Under the pieces are notes generated by a model. It saw only the letters and a program-made list of their open reading frames with translations. It searched no databases and had not been told where the DNA came from. A program made the position numbers and the translations under genes. Source: the human T2T-CHM13v2.0 reference genome, Homo sapiens. From it: 64,000 bases of DNA. Shown here piece by piece: positions 26,411-40,823 of the stretch; position 1 is the stretch's first letter, and every line of letters starts with the position of its first letter. The stretch is from the NCBI RefSeq assembly GCF_009914755.1, contig NC_060928.1; one strand, written 5' to 3'.

Positions 26411-26969
26411 TGTATTAGTTATCCATTGCTACAAAGCAAATTATCCCAAAACTTTAGTGGCTTAAAACATCATTTATTATTTCACAGCTTCTGTGAGTCA
26501 GGAATATAGGCATAGTTTAACCAGGTCTAGGTCTTCCAGCTCTGGATCTCTCAAGGGTGTAACCAAGGTGTTGGCAGAGGCTGTATTCTCATCTGAAGGC
26601 TCAGCTGAGGGTGGACCTGCTTCCAGGCTCCCTCTCAGAGTTGTCAACCAGATCGAGCTCCACACAAACTATTATCTCCCTCAGTTCCTTCCCACATAAG
26701 CCTCTCCACAGGGAAGCTCACAATAGGGTAGCTATTTTCATCAGAGCAAGCAAGTGAGAAGGAAATGAAATGACAGCAAGAGAAAGAGTGCCAGTTGAAG
26801 TTGCAGCCTTTTGTCCTGTTAGTGACACCCCAACACTTTTGCCATATTCTATTTGTTAGAAGTGAGTCACCATGTCAAGCCTGCACTCAAGGGGAGGCTA
26901 TTATTACACAAGGGCATGAATACCAGGAGTCCAGATCACTGAGTGCTCATGTCAGAAGTAGCCTCTCAC
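26411..26969 (-). mobile_element. MLT1 (E/F-like) MaLR solo LTR
   Basis: tgtattagttatccattgct...agtggcttaaaaca...tcacagcttctgtgagtcaggaat...caagggcatgaataccagga...ctcaca. Confidence 0.8.
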
Positions 26970-27509
26970 AAACACCTTACGTAGTATTCATTCAGTAAGG
27001 GTTTATTTATAAAAGTAAAAAAGAAATGTGACATTTTCTTCAAATATCTTTAGTTATATGATCAGTTCTGTAAACTTTAAGGATATGTAATAATGGAAAT
27101 TAAACAAAGCCTATGTTTAGAAACACATTTTCAAAATTAGCACCAGAGTTTAAAAAATTGACTTGAGAGGGAAAAAAGTTCTTGCCATTCTCCCAAAATC
27201 ATCTCAACCATAAAATCTGGATCAAAACTTTAAGACTGTCAATGTCCATGATTTATTATCCCAATGTTCAGGAGAAAGAAAAATGGATAGGAAAATAAGA
27301 TATACACATGGTGACAAGATATTAACAACAAGTTAATCTAGATGTAGGATATGTGGATGCTCATTACTCAATTCTTTCAACTTTTCTATATGTTTTGACA
27401 TTTTTCAAAACAAAAAATGGTGTGGATTGTAGATTTTAAAGAACCGTTTTACACTGCTCACTCATAAGCTAATAATATAGTCTCAAATCTAATGTGAATA
27501 TATAATTTT

Positions 27510-27870
27510 AATAAGTAACTCTAGCTGCTGTAACTAACAAACCCAAAAGCTCAATGGCTTCTAGTGATAAATGTTTGTTTTTCACTCTTGTCATGGTCAG
27601 TATAGAGCAGATTTCCTAAATGACTCTCATTCAAACAGTACAAACTGTCATCTACAACTTACCTCTGAAGAAGAAGGTAGGTATGTGGATAATTGTAAAG
27701 GGGTTTTATGTCCAGAAGCAAAAATGGCATTCATCACTTCCCATCATAGCTCATTGACCACAAACCATTCAAATGACCCCAACCTAACTGAAAACAAGGC
27801 TGGGAAATGAGGACTTTCTATGTCAGGGAAAGGAAGTAGGACTGATAAATATCTAGCCAGTCTCTGACAG
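27510..27870 (-). mobile_element. Old MLT1 (K/L-like) LTR fragment
   Basis: ctagctgctgtaac...cccaaaagctcaatggctt...catcacttcc...tcattgacca...aacctaactg...ggctgggaaatg. Confidence 0.55.
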
Positions 27871-28986
27871 AAGAACATTGTCACTCTAGTTGCTTTCCTC
27901 GTAGATGAAGAACCTTCTTTAAATAAAGATTACACGATGAATAAGTTTCTAACAGAAACTAAAATATAGGTATACCAGCTTTCAAGTCAGTAGTTTGACA
28001 ATGATTTCCAAATACTAGTTTTCTGAAGGATCAAGTCAGTACCTTGAATTAAGTTATATCAAGTTCTCAAAGAACTACCTTCAACTAGTTACATTTAGGC
28101 CTAAAGAGCATCACTGTCTTTAGATAGAGATAAGTATGTTGCCATCTTAGGAAGCTGAAGTCAGTCTGATTCAGTATTTCTTCATTCAGGCCTGAAGAGG
28201 TGGAGTTGTATTAGGAGTCTACCTCTGAAGCAAAACTTTTATGCTTATAGTGCCCAAAAATGTTTAGCAAAGCCAAAATAGAATTCAATCTCTATTTATA
28301 AGAAAGGTAAACACTATTTGTTTTCTGGGTCCAAAGTTTCTCTTGTTTGTAGCAGACACTCCTGTAGACCAGGGAGTGGGGTAAAGGAAGGTAAAGAGAT
28401 GCAGCAGTGAGGGAAGGCCACCAGCAGAAGAATAATTAGAAGGCCAATCCAAATTTATACTGGTTTGTTAGGTGATGGGTTGTCATTTCAGTCCAGATGC
28501 TTTCAAGAAATTCAAAAAAAATCTAGAATTATCATATTAGTGAGGGGGGAAAAAAGTGTAAAAGTATCATGCTATGTCTTTTTACATGGTTACAATAGAA
28601 ACATTCAAAGCAAAAAAAATATTTATGGGTCTGGGATGTGTGTGTATGTGTGTGTCCAAAAGAAGTCCTGTCTGATAATATTGAACAGATTGGTATAAAA
28701 AAGAAGGGCCTATATATAACCACTCCACCTTATGTATGGTCTACATTAGCACAGCAGGGGAAAGCGAATCATGCTTCTGCATCATGAATAATGAATGCAG
28801 CATATTGAGCAATGCAGTCTTTCTCTAATTGTTAACATTCTCTTTCACCAATAGAAATATCAGAGACAAAACTCTAGGACTTAAGAAGCACATATTTTGT
28901 TCCTCATGGAGAATTTGAGGTCAAGGGTATATGAAAGTATTAACTATGCCTGTACTGTCTTCTTTTTAAAAAAAAAAAAAAAATCA

Positions 28987-29292
<306 letters not shown>

Positions 29293-29445
29293 TTATTTTA
29301 CATACAGGGTGATATGGTTTGGCTCTGTGTCCCCACACAAATCTGATGTTAAATTGTAATCCCCAGTGTCATGGGAGGGACCCAGTGGGAGACGATTAGA
29401 TCATGTTCTCATGATAGTTGGTGAGTTCTCACGAGATCTGGTGTG

Positions 29446-29519
29446 TTGGTTTGGTTTGGTTTGGTTTGGTTTGGTTTGGTTTGGTCTGGTTTGGTCTGGT
29501 CTGGTTTGGTTTGGTTTGG
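29446..29519 (+). repeat. (TTTGG)n pentanucleotide microsatellite, interrupted by TCTGG units
   Basis: Directly visible; occupies the tail position of the adjacent antisense Alu monomer. Confidence 0.95.
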
Positions 29520-29635
29520 GAGACGGGGTCTCTCTATGTTGCCCAGGCTGGTCTCAAACTCCTGAGCTCAAGCCATCCACCTGTCACACCCTCCCAAAGT
29601 GCTAGGATTACAGGTGTGAGCCACCGCGCCCAGCC
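29520..29635 (-). mobile_element. Free left Alu monomer (FLAM_C-like)
   Basis: Single left arm only; TSD agatctggtgtgtt 29434-29447 / agatctggttgtt 29637-29649. Confidence 0.85.
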
Positions 29636-32600
29636 AAGATCTGGTTGTTTAAGTGTGTAGCACTTCCCTCTTCGCTCCCTCTCTCTCCTGCTCCTCCATG
29701 GTAAGATGTGCCTGCTTCCCCTTTGCCTTCCGCCATGATTGTAAGTTTCCTGAGGCCTCCCAGACATGCTTCCTGTATAGCCTGTGGAACTATGAGTTAA
29801 TTAAACCTCTTTTCTTCATAAATTACCCAGTCTCAGGTAGTTCTTTATAGCAGTGTGAGGACAGACTAATACACAAGGGTTACATGTACAGGGTTGTTAC
29901 CTGGGTACAGAGCACCCAGGTAGTGAGCATAATACCCAATGGGTAGTTTTTCAACCAACATCCCCCTTCCTTCCTCCTCCACCCCAGTAGCCTGTAGTGT
30001 CTATTGTTCCCATGTTTATGTCTATGTGTGCTCAATGTTTAGCTCCAACCTGTAAGTGAGAACATGTGGTATTTGGTTTTCTGTTCCTGTGTTAGTTAGC
30101 TTAGGATTATGGCCTCCAGTTCCATCCATGTTGCTGCAAAAGAATGAACACTATTTCATTCTTTTTATGGTTGTATAGTATTCTATGGTGTATATGTACC
30201 ACAGTTTCTTTATCCAATCCACCACTGATGGGCACCTAGGTTGATTCCATGTATTTGCTATTGTGAATAGTGTAGCAATGAACACAAGTGCATGTGTCTT
30301 TTTGGTATAATGATTTATTTTCCTTTGGGTATATACCCAGTAATGGGATTGCTGGGTCAAATTGTAGCTCTGTTTTAGGTTCTTTGACAAACCTCCAAAC
30401 TGATTTCCACAGGGGCCAAACTAATTTACATTCCCACCAGCAGTGTATAAGCCAAGCCCAGTGTTGAGAAGGGTATTTCCTATGTTTTCTTCTAGGACTT
30501 TTCTAGTTTGAGGTCTTACATTTAAATCTTTAATCTATCTTGAGTTAACTTTTGTACATGGTCAAAAGTAAGGATCCAGTTTCGTTCTTCTGCATATGGT
30601 TAACCAGTTATCCCAGCACCATTTATTAAATAGGGAGTCCTTTTCCCATTGCTTGTTTTTGTCAGCCTTGTCAAAAGTAAGATGGTTGTAAGTGTATGGC
30701 TTTATTTCTGAGTTTTCTATTCTATTCCATTGCTCTATGTGTATGTCTGTATTTGTACTAATACCATGCTGTTTTGGTTACTGTAGCTTTATAGTATAGT
30801 TTGAAGTTGGATAGTATGATGCCTCTGACTTTGTTCCTTTTGCTTGGGATGGCTTTGGCTATTTGAGCTCTTTTTTGGTTCCATATGAATTTTAGGATAG
30901 GTTTTTATAATTTTATGAAGAATGATGTTGGTAGTTTGACAGGAATAGCATTGAATCTATAAATTTCTTTGGGCAGTATTACCATTTTAATGAAATTGAT
31001 TTTTCCAGTTTTTGAGCATGGAATGTTTTTCCATTTATTTGTGTCATCTCTGATTTCTTTCAGCAGTGTTTTGTAGTTCTCCTTACAGAGATCTTTTACC
31101 TTCTTAGTTAGCTGTATTCCTAGGTATTTTATTTTCTTTGTGGCTATTACAAATGGGATAATGTTCTTGATTTGACTCTAAGCCTGGACATTATTGGTGT
31201 GTAGAAATGCTGCTGACTTTTGTACATCAATTTTGTATCCTAAAATTTCCTAAAATCATTTATCAGTTCTAGTAGCCTTTTGGTGGTGTCTCTGGGGTTC
31301 TCTAAATATAGAATCATATTGTCAGCAAAGAGAGATTGTTTGACTTCTTTTCCTATTCAGATACCTTTTATTTCTTTCTCTTGCCTGATTGCTGTGGCTA
31401 TGACTTCCAACTGTACTTTCCTAACATCACAGTTATAAGACAGAAGAGTTTAGCAGATGAGCAACTATAATGCCAGCAGCATCACTGCATTATATTGGAG
31501 CATGAATTCTTCATGACCATCTAGGTAGGATGCCTTAGTTTGAGTGGTTGAACTCCAAGATGGTTTCAAAGACCAAAAGACAATAATTTCTCTCTATTTT
31601 TCTGTGAAAGGCATAAACTGACACTATTTTGCTATAACTCAGCAATTGTTTAATTTATTTAAAGAATAAAAAAGATATATTTCTGTTTGTATCTGATTAT
31701 AAGTATACCCATGTCTAGTAGCATTGGAAGAAAGGTGCACAATTTGTAAGATATAAGACCCTGAGCCAGTGAAAACAGGGCTACTTGTACCCAACATAGA
31801 TATGATTTTAAATTGCAGGGAAGTTTCCTTGCCCCTAATAGTTCTCCCATAATTCTGAAAAGCTTCACTTTTTTCATTCATTAGAGAAAGGTTTTGTAAA
31901 TTCATAAAGCTCATACAATTTTTGTATGGGCTTGGGACATTTTCCTAGGGAGAGTTACTAGGGCTATCATCAGATTCCCCCCAAAAAATTATTTAGCACA
32001 CTAAAATGAAGGCATTGAACACTTACTTGGTCAATAAGCTCTTCAAATGCAAATTACCCTTTGAAGATTAGAGATGCCATTCACACAAACAGTTCTCAAA
32101 GGCTGATTGGCTTGTGACCAATGCATGCAGAAATTGTTACCAACATGAAGCCTTCTTCTTAGGTACTTTTCTAATGACCGCAGCTTAGGTGAATAGGGCA
32201 CTCAGGTTGCACAGACTTATGTGTCTGCAGATGCTGCATTGCGCTTGCTCTGTAGTCTGTTTTCAGCTTATTTGCTAACCAGACACCCTGCTCACAGCTT
32301 AATTTCTTAGGTTTCTCACCAGTCCCCCCAAAGAGTAATTGTGGAAAAGCAATGGATAACTTGAGTAGGCTTCTGAGTTCACCTAGAACATTTCAGGTTG
32401 AGTGAACAAGTTAAAATAGATAGCTTATATTTTTGTCAAGTTACCCCATGTGAAATTTGATATTTGACAACGACTATGCTAAAAAAAAGTTTTCAGATCA
32501 CGTTAGACACTCTTGACCTTTTGATGTGGATTGTTCAGTTGACAATTTTGCATGTGAAATTGTAAAATAAAACTGAATGTTGTCATTTTATTGAATTCGA

Positions 32601-32776
32601 TCTTCTAAAAATGTATCCTTTTTTTAAATATGTCATTGTAAATTTGCCAACTGTCTCCTAGTAGACTAAACTATCTTTTATTATAAGATTGTATTTATCC
32701 TGATTTTTAGGTATTAAGCTGTCCTTTATTTTATAAAATTATGGTTATAGAAGATGAATTAAAAAATGATCATCCA

Positions 32777-33105
<329 letters not shown>

Positions 33106-33269
33106 TCATAAAATCTGAAAGCCTAACACTGATTTATACTGTAATGTGAATTAGCTTATCAACTTGATTTCCTACTTAGAGAAGGCTGGATGCTCTAATG
33201 AAGAAAGAGTGAACGCAATGGGAGACAGAATAGAGAGAAGTAGAGATGTTCTGACATTTGAGAAACTTC

Positions 33270-33608
33270 AGTCTTAGTTCCTGTGTGCTGCTATAACAAA
33301 ACACCTGAGACTGGTACTTTACAAAGAACAAAATTTATTTCTCAAAGTTTTGTAGACTGGGAAATCTAAGATTATGGCACTGGTATCTGGTGTTGGCCTT
33401 CCTGCTGTATTCTTACATGGTGGAAGATGGAAGAGCAAGAAACAGAAACCACTCTTACACGCCCTTTTTATAGCGGCATTTATCCATTTATGAGGACTCA
33501 GCCCTCGTGACCTAAATACCTACCGTTAGGTCTTACCTTCCAATGCTGTTGCATTGAGGATTAAACTTCCAACACATGAATTTGGGGAGACACATTAAGA
33601 GTACAGCA
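33270..33608 (-). mobile_element. MSTC/MSTD/MLT1A-type MaLR solo LTR
   Basis: gtcttagttc...gctgctataacaaaacacctgagactgg...caacacatgaatttgggga...tacagca. Confidence 0.8.
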
Positions 33609-35089
33609 GTTGACATAGGTGAAACATTCTTGTTAGGGTTTGGAGCTGTTGAGGGCAGTATGAAGGATCTGGGGACCTGGATACCAACAGGGAAGTTGGA
33701 TGGACCCCTAAACAAATTCTGTTTTTGTCATCATGTTACTAATGCCTTTTTATGGCAGTCAGGGTATATTTGTGATAGTAACTGGCTAAAAAAGCTAAAA
33801 GCTAATGCTTCCACTACAAAGACATCTTAGAGGTGTTATTTTATTAAAAAAACTAAAAGTTGTAGATCATCTGACATGTTCATTTATAGGAAACTCTGGA
33901 AAAAAAATGTTTTATTTTGCTTTCATGGGTCTATCCCTCTGGTGACAGTTTAATATCTATAGAGAGACAAAGAGATGTTGCTTAAGCACAGACAAATCTA
34001 AAACAAACCAAAGGTCCTGTTTGTACAGTTCACCTGGGCCTGGTGACATGGCCACATTGCATGGAAATTCCTCATAGATACTATTCCTGATGTTCTGAGG
34101 ATTGTCTCAATCATTCCTTCACTCTTTCAGCAAATATTTATTTGGAATGAGTTGGCTCTTTCCACCCCATCCAATAAAACTAACTAATATACACCAGCCA
34201 AATAAGAATGTTGGATCTTTAAACATCAAAGGCCACATTTATATGAAGTAGAAAATATATCTTTAAGTTTATAAAAGCCCTGGCAGAAGCGTGGCTTTTT
34301 TTTTTTTTTGAAGAATCGTGACCATCAGTCTGGGAAATGACTGCTCACCCAGTGGCCTGCTGTTGAAATCTCTCTGGGCCACTTGGTGTCTTTGGTTTAC
34401 AACAAAGAGAGGCTCATTCTGCAGCTATATAAAAGGATGTCCTAATAAAAAAGCTTCTTACCTGTCTCAAAGGAATATGGGAAGGATGAATTAGATAATA
34501 CCTTCAAAGGTACTTTTAAATGGTGCTATGGAAATAGAAGATGCTATCGCTATTGTCATTTTGTTATAGACAATAGTGTTACTTGTTTTTCTTGGAAAAC
34601 CTAAATTTGCATCCAAAAGAAAAGCCAAAAAGCAAATATACTTAAATCAGCCATTTGAGGGACTTAAAAATGCATTTGTGGCTAGATGGACTTTTCTTTT
34701 CTATGGTTCCCTTCTCCTTTCCTCCCTTCCAAGTTCAAGCAACCCCATGAGGCCTGAAGTTTCTGAAGTCAAGGATCAGCAGAAGAATAGAGACAGGCAA
34801 TAGCGATATATAAGTTGAAAACAGTAGAGAACAAAATTATAGAAACTTATCACAAGAGGAGACCTTTGAGAGCATGTCATTCAAACTCTTTGCTATAGTA
34901 ATAGAAGACTTAGACCCAGAAGGTTAAGCAACATTCCAAACGTTACACAGATAGTTAAAAACAGTTGTGGTCATTCTTAAACATATCCAAATGGCTGAAA
35001 AGAGAAAAGGAAATCTCCAGTGCCTGTTTCGGCATCACCATAGTCCCAGGACCTGCCTCATACTCATGAACATGTCCCCACAGGATGGG

Positions 35090-35420
35090 AGGTAAGAGTT
35101 AGGGCCCTTGAGTCTAGTGACTTGGGCTCCTTCCTGACCCCACCCCACTCCCTTGTGGGGTAACCTTTGACAAGTAATCTCTCTAAGCTTAATTTCCCTG
35201 GGCTGTAAAAGTGGATGTTAGCAGTACCTACTCACCATGGGGTTGTTGAGAGGATGAAATGAGACTACATAGACAATGTTTAGCACAGTATCTAATGAAA
35301 ATTGTTGTTTTAGTGTCCCTGGATAACAAAATTAAATGAGAATTAAATGGGAAAATGCATATAACACGTTCATCACAATGCCTGACATCATAATAATTGC
35401 TCAGATACTCCCACACAAGC
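35090..35420 (+). mobile_element. MIR fragments (two tandem 3' halves)
   Basis: ctgtaaaagtggatg...tacctactcaccatggggttgttgagaggatgaaatgag, then a second gagaattaaatgggaaaatgcat...acaatgcctgaca. Confidence 0.65.
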
Positions 35421-36110
35421 ATTCATTTAACAAGTATTTCTTGAGTTCTTACTGGGTGCTAGGAACTATGTTATGCCCTGGGAATTCTACTCCCTGAGCT
35501 CAACTTGCTTGTTGTCAAATGGAAGAGGCAGACAAATGCATGTAGTCAAATACATGCTCTATATTGGGGTAGGCAAACTTAACCCACACGCCAAATCCAT
35601 GCCTACTTTTGTATGGCCCACGAGCTAAAAATAGTTTTTCCACTTTTAAATGTTTGGGAAAAATTAAATAAAAGAGAATATTTCACGATACATGAAGAGT
35701 ATATGAAATCCAGATTTCAGTGTCCATAATTACATTTTACTGGAGCACAGCCATGCTCATTCATTTACATATTGTCTGTGACTGCTTATACCCTGTAACA
35801 GCGAAGTCGAATAGCTGCAACAGAGACCATATGGTCACCAAAACCTAAAATGTTTACTATCTGGCCCTTTTCAGAGTGATCTGCCACCTCTGTTCTATAT
35901 CTTGGTAAATATCACAATACAGATGTGTACTGAAGGGTGCTAGAGAAGCACAAGTGGGGTGGAGGCCCCCTAATCCTGCCTGGGAACTTGTGAAAGCTTC
36001 ACTAAGGAACTGAGTCTTAAAGGATGAATAGGAGTTTGCCAGATGGAAAAGGGGACATGAATGTACAAAGGCCCAGAATCAGGGCAGGGCAAAGGAGGGT
36101 CTGGGAAAAC
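35421..36110 (-). mobile_element. L2 3' fragment interrupted by MER58B
   Basis: attcatttaacaagtatttcttgag...; resumes ctgagtcttaaaggatgaataggagtttgccag. Confidence 0.7.
35565..35892. mobile_element. MER58B hAT-Charlie DNA transposon
   Basis: ggggtaggcaaact...tggcccacgagctaaaaat...tttactatctggccctttt; 8-bp TSD ctctatat 35557-35564 / ttctatat 35893-35900. Confidence 0.88.
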
Positions 36111-36821
36111 AGCAAGCCACGGAGTGCTTCTTCAAGCAAACCCTGACCTCACTGTTCTAGCAACATCCATAAAAGCCATCTCAAGTGTTCAGGGTTTCAA
36201 CTGTCTGCCAATCTCCAGAACAATGTCCCCAATGCCATAACAATTACCTTCTCCCATAAAAATCACCTAGAACTTCTGATCCCTCTGGGTTTTCAAGTGT
36301 CTGATGGAAATGAGACTTAATGGCTTCATTGTGAATATGATCCTTCCTTGTGTGCGTGGCCAGTCTCACTGGCATGTGTCACAGGATTAATCTATAACTG
36401 TGACTGGTTCTTACTAAAGGTGTTAAAACTAGACTTGGCTACAGTTTTAAGGAGCACTGAGACATGCACTCCGTGGATAAAAAGGAGCAGAGTAAAAAGA
36501 AAATAAACAAGGGCAGGCCAGGACTTAGCAAGCGGCACCAAAATGACACGTGGGAACATGGGAACGGCTGGTAAAAGGGTATCTTCTGATCCCTAGGCTA
36601 GAAGATGGGCAGAACTGACAATTGGAGACAGGCCTGAAACTTGGGATGTGGAGGAGCAGCAAATGGTAAGTGCATAAGCAATGGCAGTCATCAGAGCCTA
36701 TGACATGGCACTGACTTCACCAGTCAGCGGAAGGCCCTGCTGTTGTTGTATACCCAGAGGCTGCCGTAAGCTTGAAGTTACATGACAGAAACTAAGAAGA
36801 CTAAATCCAAATGTGAAATAC

Positions 36822-36847
36822 ACACACACGCACACACACACACACAC
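36822..36847 (+). repeat. (CA)n microsatellite
   Basis: acacacacgcacacacacacacacac. Confidence 0.9.
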
Positions 36848-38544
36848 GCTTGCTCACACAAATACATATCAGTTCACCTTCTCCTTTCTGACTAGGAAGG
36901 GCTAGTTAGGCACAGCAGTTCACCTTAGCCTAATGCACCTTTGAGCATTATTTCATTCTCCAGCCAGCCCTCATCCATCGAACAACACAATGATTGAGCT
37001 CCTCTGTGAGGCAAGCACTATGCTAATTTCTGGTGCTGCTGTAGGGAGCAAGACAGAAACTGTCATGGCTCTTGCAGAGCTCTCTGCCTAGCAGGAAAGA
37101 CAGATGTGATGTCAATTACCTGAATCCTCTGGAATGACAGAATCAAGCAGCTTATTAGAACCAAGCTGGGCAGTGGTCTACTGTGAGGACGGAAGGGGAA
37201 TGGACAGCTCCCCTCTGTGGACATTCCCTTAGAGGCCCCTAAGAAGCATGGTTTGTGTCCTACTTTTTGGTAGTGATTAAACAAATCTGCCTCGCTCTTA
37301 CAGCCATGAACGCAGAAAGGCTTTGTCAAGGAGATAAATCCAAGTTGCATGCAGCACACTGCACTCAGAGCATCTTCACCTCTTCCCAAGTCAATCTCTT
37401 CATGCCTGGCTCTCCCCTCACTTACGATGGGTGCTCTCCCAGAATCCTCCTCGGTGCCTCTGCAAATAGACTTCAGTGGGCAACCCCACCAGGTCAGAGA
37501 TGCCCAGACATGTCTGCAGAGCAGCAGGGGATACCACTTGTGTTCCTTACTGGGAAGCTACTGAGCCCCCGAGAAAATACAATTTGTCCAGTCCCTGTTT
37601 TTTTTAGCTATGTTGGACATGCCAGAACCATGCTTAGAAGCAAACCAGTATCCCAGCCATGGGCTTATACAAATGTCACTTACCGAGTGACCCTGTATGC
37701 AAAGAAATTGTGTGGTTTGGATTGCTGGGACTAAAATCAAATCCACAGTGAATATTTATCATCCCCCAAACAATATTCACACTATAAATCAAGCTCTAGC
37801 ACTTTGTAGAAATGCTTTCCGGTACAAAATACCTCATTGTTCTGCTCTTCACTAACAGTGTATTTTCTTAAATACGGAGCCAAAGGCAGCAAACCATTCA
37901 ACTTAATAGGGAAATGCTCTTAATGCAACAAGTATTCTCCATGCTGCCAAACTCCAATAAAATCAGAGGGAAAATATACTTCCTTCACCCTCAATAAAAA
38001 GAATGTGCATAAATTTGAAAAAAAAAAAAAAAAAAAAAAAAGCTGAGGGACCCACTTATAGCCCCTCTCACAATAACAATCGAACTAACTACCTGCTCTT
38101 TGTAAAGAATGACTACAAATAAATCTCGTTCTGTCAAAATGAGTAATATTGTTATTTTAATATTTATATGTGTGTCAAAAGTAGGCACAGCCTTATACAA
38201 TAAATAAGACTACACCCAACAAACTAAAGTCTCTGCCCTAAGGACCTTTACAATCAAAAGTATAAATAAAAGAAGGAAAACTGCAGATAAAGCCCTGAGT
38301 AGAAATGGGATATGGAGGTGGAACGCTTCAGTCAGCATGTGGGCTGTCTTAGATTTCAAGAATGTAAAAGGAAAGGCTGTTTCAGAAAGCAGAATTTAAA
38401 AAAGAGTATTTTAAAATGAGAAAGGAGACAATGATAAGTTAGAAAGTGAAGTGATATCTCTCCTTCTGGGCTCCATCACTTGGGCTAATGCTCAACAGAG
38501 ACTCCACAAAGTGACCCAAAGCAAAAAGCCTACAGCAGAGGGGG

Positions 38545-38790
38545 TTAGTTTCAGGTGGTAGTTGAGAGTATGGTCTCTGAGAGAAGAGTGGGTTAGAATC
38601 ATGACTCTTACAGGTCTTGGCTCTTGGCTCCTGTGATTTGGATCAAGGTCCTTAATCATCTCTGTAAACCCCAGCTCTTCATCTGTAAGATGGGGTAACA
38701 ATTATATAATACTTAGGCCCACAGGGTTTCAAGAAGATTAAATAATGAAGAAAGTACAGTGTGTGACATACAGAAAAAGTTTCAAATAAA
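38545..38790 (+). mobile_element. MIR SINE
   Basis: ccttaatcatctctgtaaaccccagctcttcatctgtaagatggggtaa...gaagattaaa...acagtgtgtgacataca. Confidence 0.75.
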
Positions 38791-38800
38791 TCTACCTTTT

Positions 38801-39103
38801 ATTTTTGTTTTTATTTTTAGAGATAGGGTCTCGCTCTGGTGCCCAGGCTGGAGTGCAGTGGCACAATCATAGCTCACTGCAGCCTTGAACTCCTGGGTTC
38901 AAGCAATCCTCTCGCCTCAGCTTCCTAAGTTGCTAAAATGACAGGCATCCGCTACCGTGCCCAGTTAATGTTTTTTAATTTTTTGTAGAGACAGGGTCTC
39001 TCAGTGTTGCCCAGGCTGGTCTTGAACTCTCAGCCTCAAGTGATCCTCCCAACTTAGCCTCCCAAAGTTCCAGGACTACAGGCATGAGTCACTGGGCCCA
39101 GCC
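38801..39103 (-). mobile_element. AluJ
   Basis: AluJ diagnostics (atcatagctcactgcagccttgaactcctggg); TSD taaatctacc 38787-38796 / 39104-39113. Confidence 0.93.
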
Positions 39104-40780
39104 TAAATCTACCATTTTAAAAAATAAATCTGCTTGTCCTCATCTTACAGAAAAAAGGAGGAAGTGGTAGAATGGTGTGGTGAGGAAGGACATGGCATCC
39201 AGAAGGCCTTGGTTTTGGTGTTAGCACAGGACAAGTCATCTAACTCCACCCTGGGGTCAATTTCTTCACAGGAAACAAAGATGTTGGACTGAACTATGTT
39301 GAGCTAAACCTAAAGCTCCCTCAAATTCTTAAAATAATTCCATGACTCTGAGTTTAAAACCAGTAAGTTCCTGTATAAATCATATTCCTTGCCAAAATGC
39401 CAAGCACCATATGGGCTCTCTTGCTCTCTGTAATCTGGACTCAATGATGCCATAAATCAAATTATGTCTCCTAAGACACAGCTGACAAATTTAGACTACA
39501 GTGTGGGTGTTTGTCCTGTTCCCTACTTTCTTATAGTTCAACGTAAGTCCCAAGAAGCCCGGATTCCCTTTGTTTTAAAGGTCACATGACTTTGACACTT
39601 TTTCAAGTCAGAAGTGGCATCATGACCTTATACCTTTGGAGAAATGCCTCAAGGCCTGGAATTATGAAAATACATCCAGTCTACTTCATAAAGTTTTCCT
39701 AAGTCTGATACCACTGAAATAAAAAGTGTAATGCTTACACTGAACAATAAAAATTACATTGGAAGTACATAAGCAATAACAGTTAAAGGAATCATGGAAA
39801 TATCTTTTCTAGGAAAATATCTAATGATGGGTGATTTCCAAAGCCCAGGGTCATGGTTCTGAGTGGCATACATGCAATTTCAAAATATCTCTTCACTCAC
39901 ATTTCTCATAACCATCAGTGCAAGACTCCTGCTCTTTTGATAAGAGCTAGATATCATTTCATTTCCTCAGTGTTTCCCAAACATTTTGAAATCCTGTAAC
40001 AAAAGGTGATATGAAACGGATGTATGAGATTCATCTAAAATTCAATCCTGTTTAGCAAAAACACTGCCTGTGGAATTCCCCTTTGTGTGAGATCATACAT
40101 GATATATTGATGAAGCAATATAGAGTAGGCACAATAAATGATCGTGAATAATTACTTAAGCTGCAAGCATTAATGTTGTCCTCATCTCTCCTTCCTCTGG
40201 CTATTTGCATCCCTTTTGAACATAGCTCATTTCTATGGAATGCACACTCTTTTGGTTGAATGTGCTGCTTCTCTCACATATAAATTAAATTAAAAATTTA
40301 AACAGTTAAAACCAGTACACCAACCAATAGAAGACCAACTCTGCATGTCTCCATTGTGCTTGTAATAATACATGTTGATTTTGTTTAGTTTGTCACTGAA
40401 GAGTGGTTCCAATTTTTGAAATATAATACATAAAATAAAAAATAATCCTATCACACTGTATTTAATCATAGTGACAAGCTGATAGGATGGCATGATATTA
40501 GTAAAAGAACATGGGTTTAAATCAGAAAATCTGGGTTTTCATCCTGATTCCACCACTTAATAGTGTGTGTCCGAGAGTCAGTCAGCTCATCTGCAAAATT
40601 AGAAAGAGAATATCCACCTCATTCGACCATTATGAGGATTAAATTTAGTAATTTAGATCAATGGAAGAGCACTGTGCAAATGTCAGCTGTGATTCCATAA
40701 TCTAGTCAATGCCACCTCAAATTTTCTGTGTAAAGAGGTGGAATGACTAAATGGGAGGAGATGATAAATGACTAAAGGGG

Positions 40781-40791
40781 AGATAGATAGG

Positions 40792-40823
<32 letters not shown>

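Larger units (their letters stand above)
29310..29873 (+). mobile_element. MSTA-type MaLR solo LTR inserted in the L1 3'UTR
   Basis: tgatatggtttggctctgtgtcccc...gactaataca; 5-bp TSD CAGGG 29305-29309 / CAAGG 29874-29878. Confidence 0.9.

Noticed and set aside
29366-29660. ORFs with (FGLVW)n repeats that look like membrane peptides
   Set aside because: Translation of the (TTTGG)n microsatellite plus antisense Alu.
37255-37734. 159-aa ORF in non-repeat sequence
   Set aside because: Non-ATG start, no recognisable domain and no convincing splice boundaries; compatible with chance.
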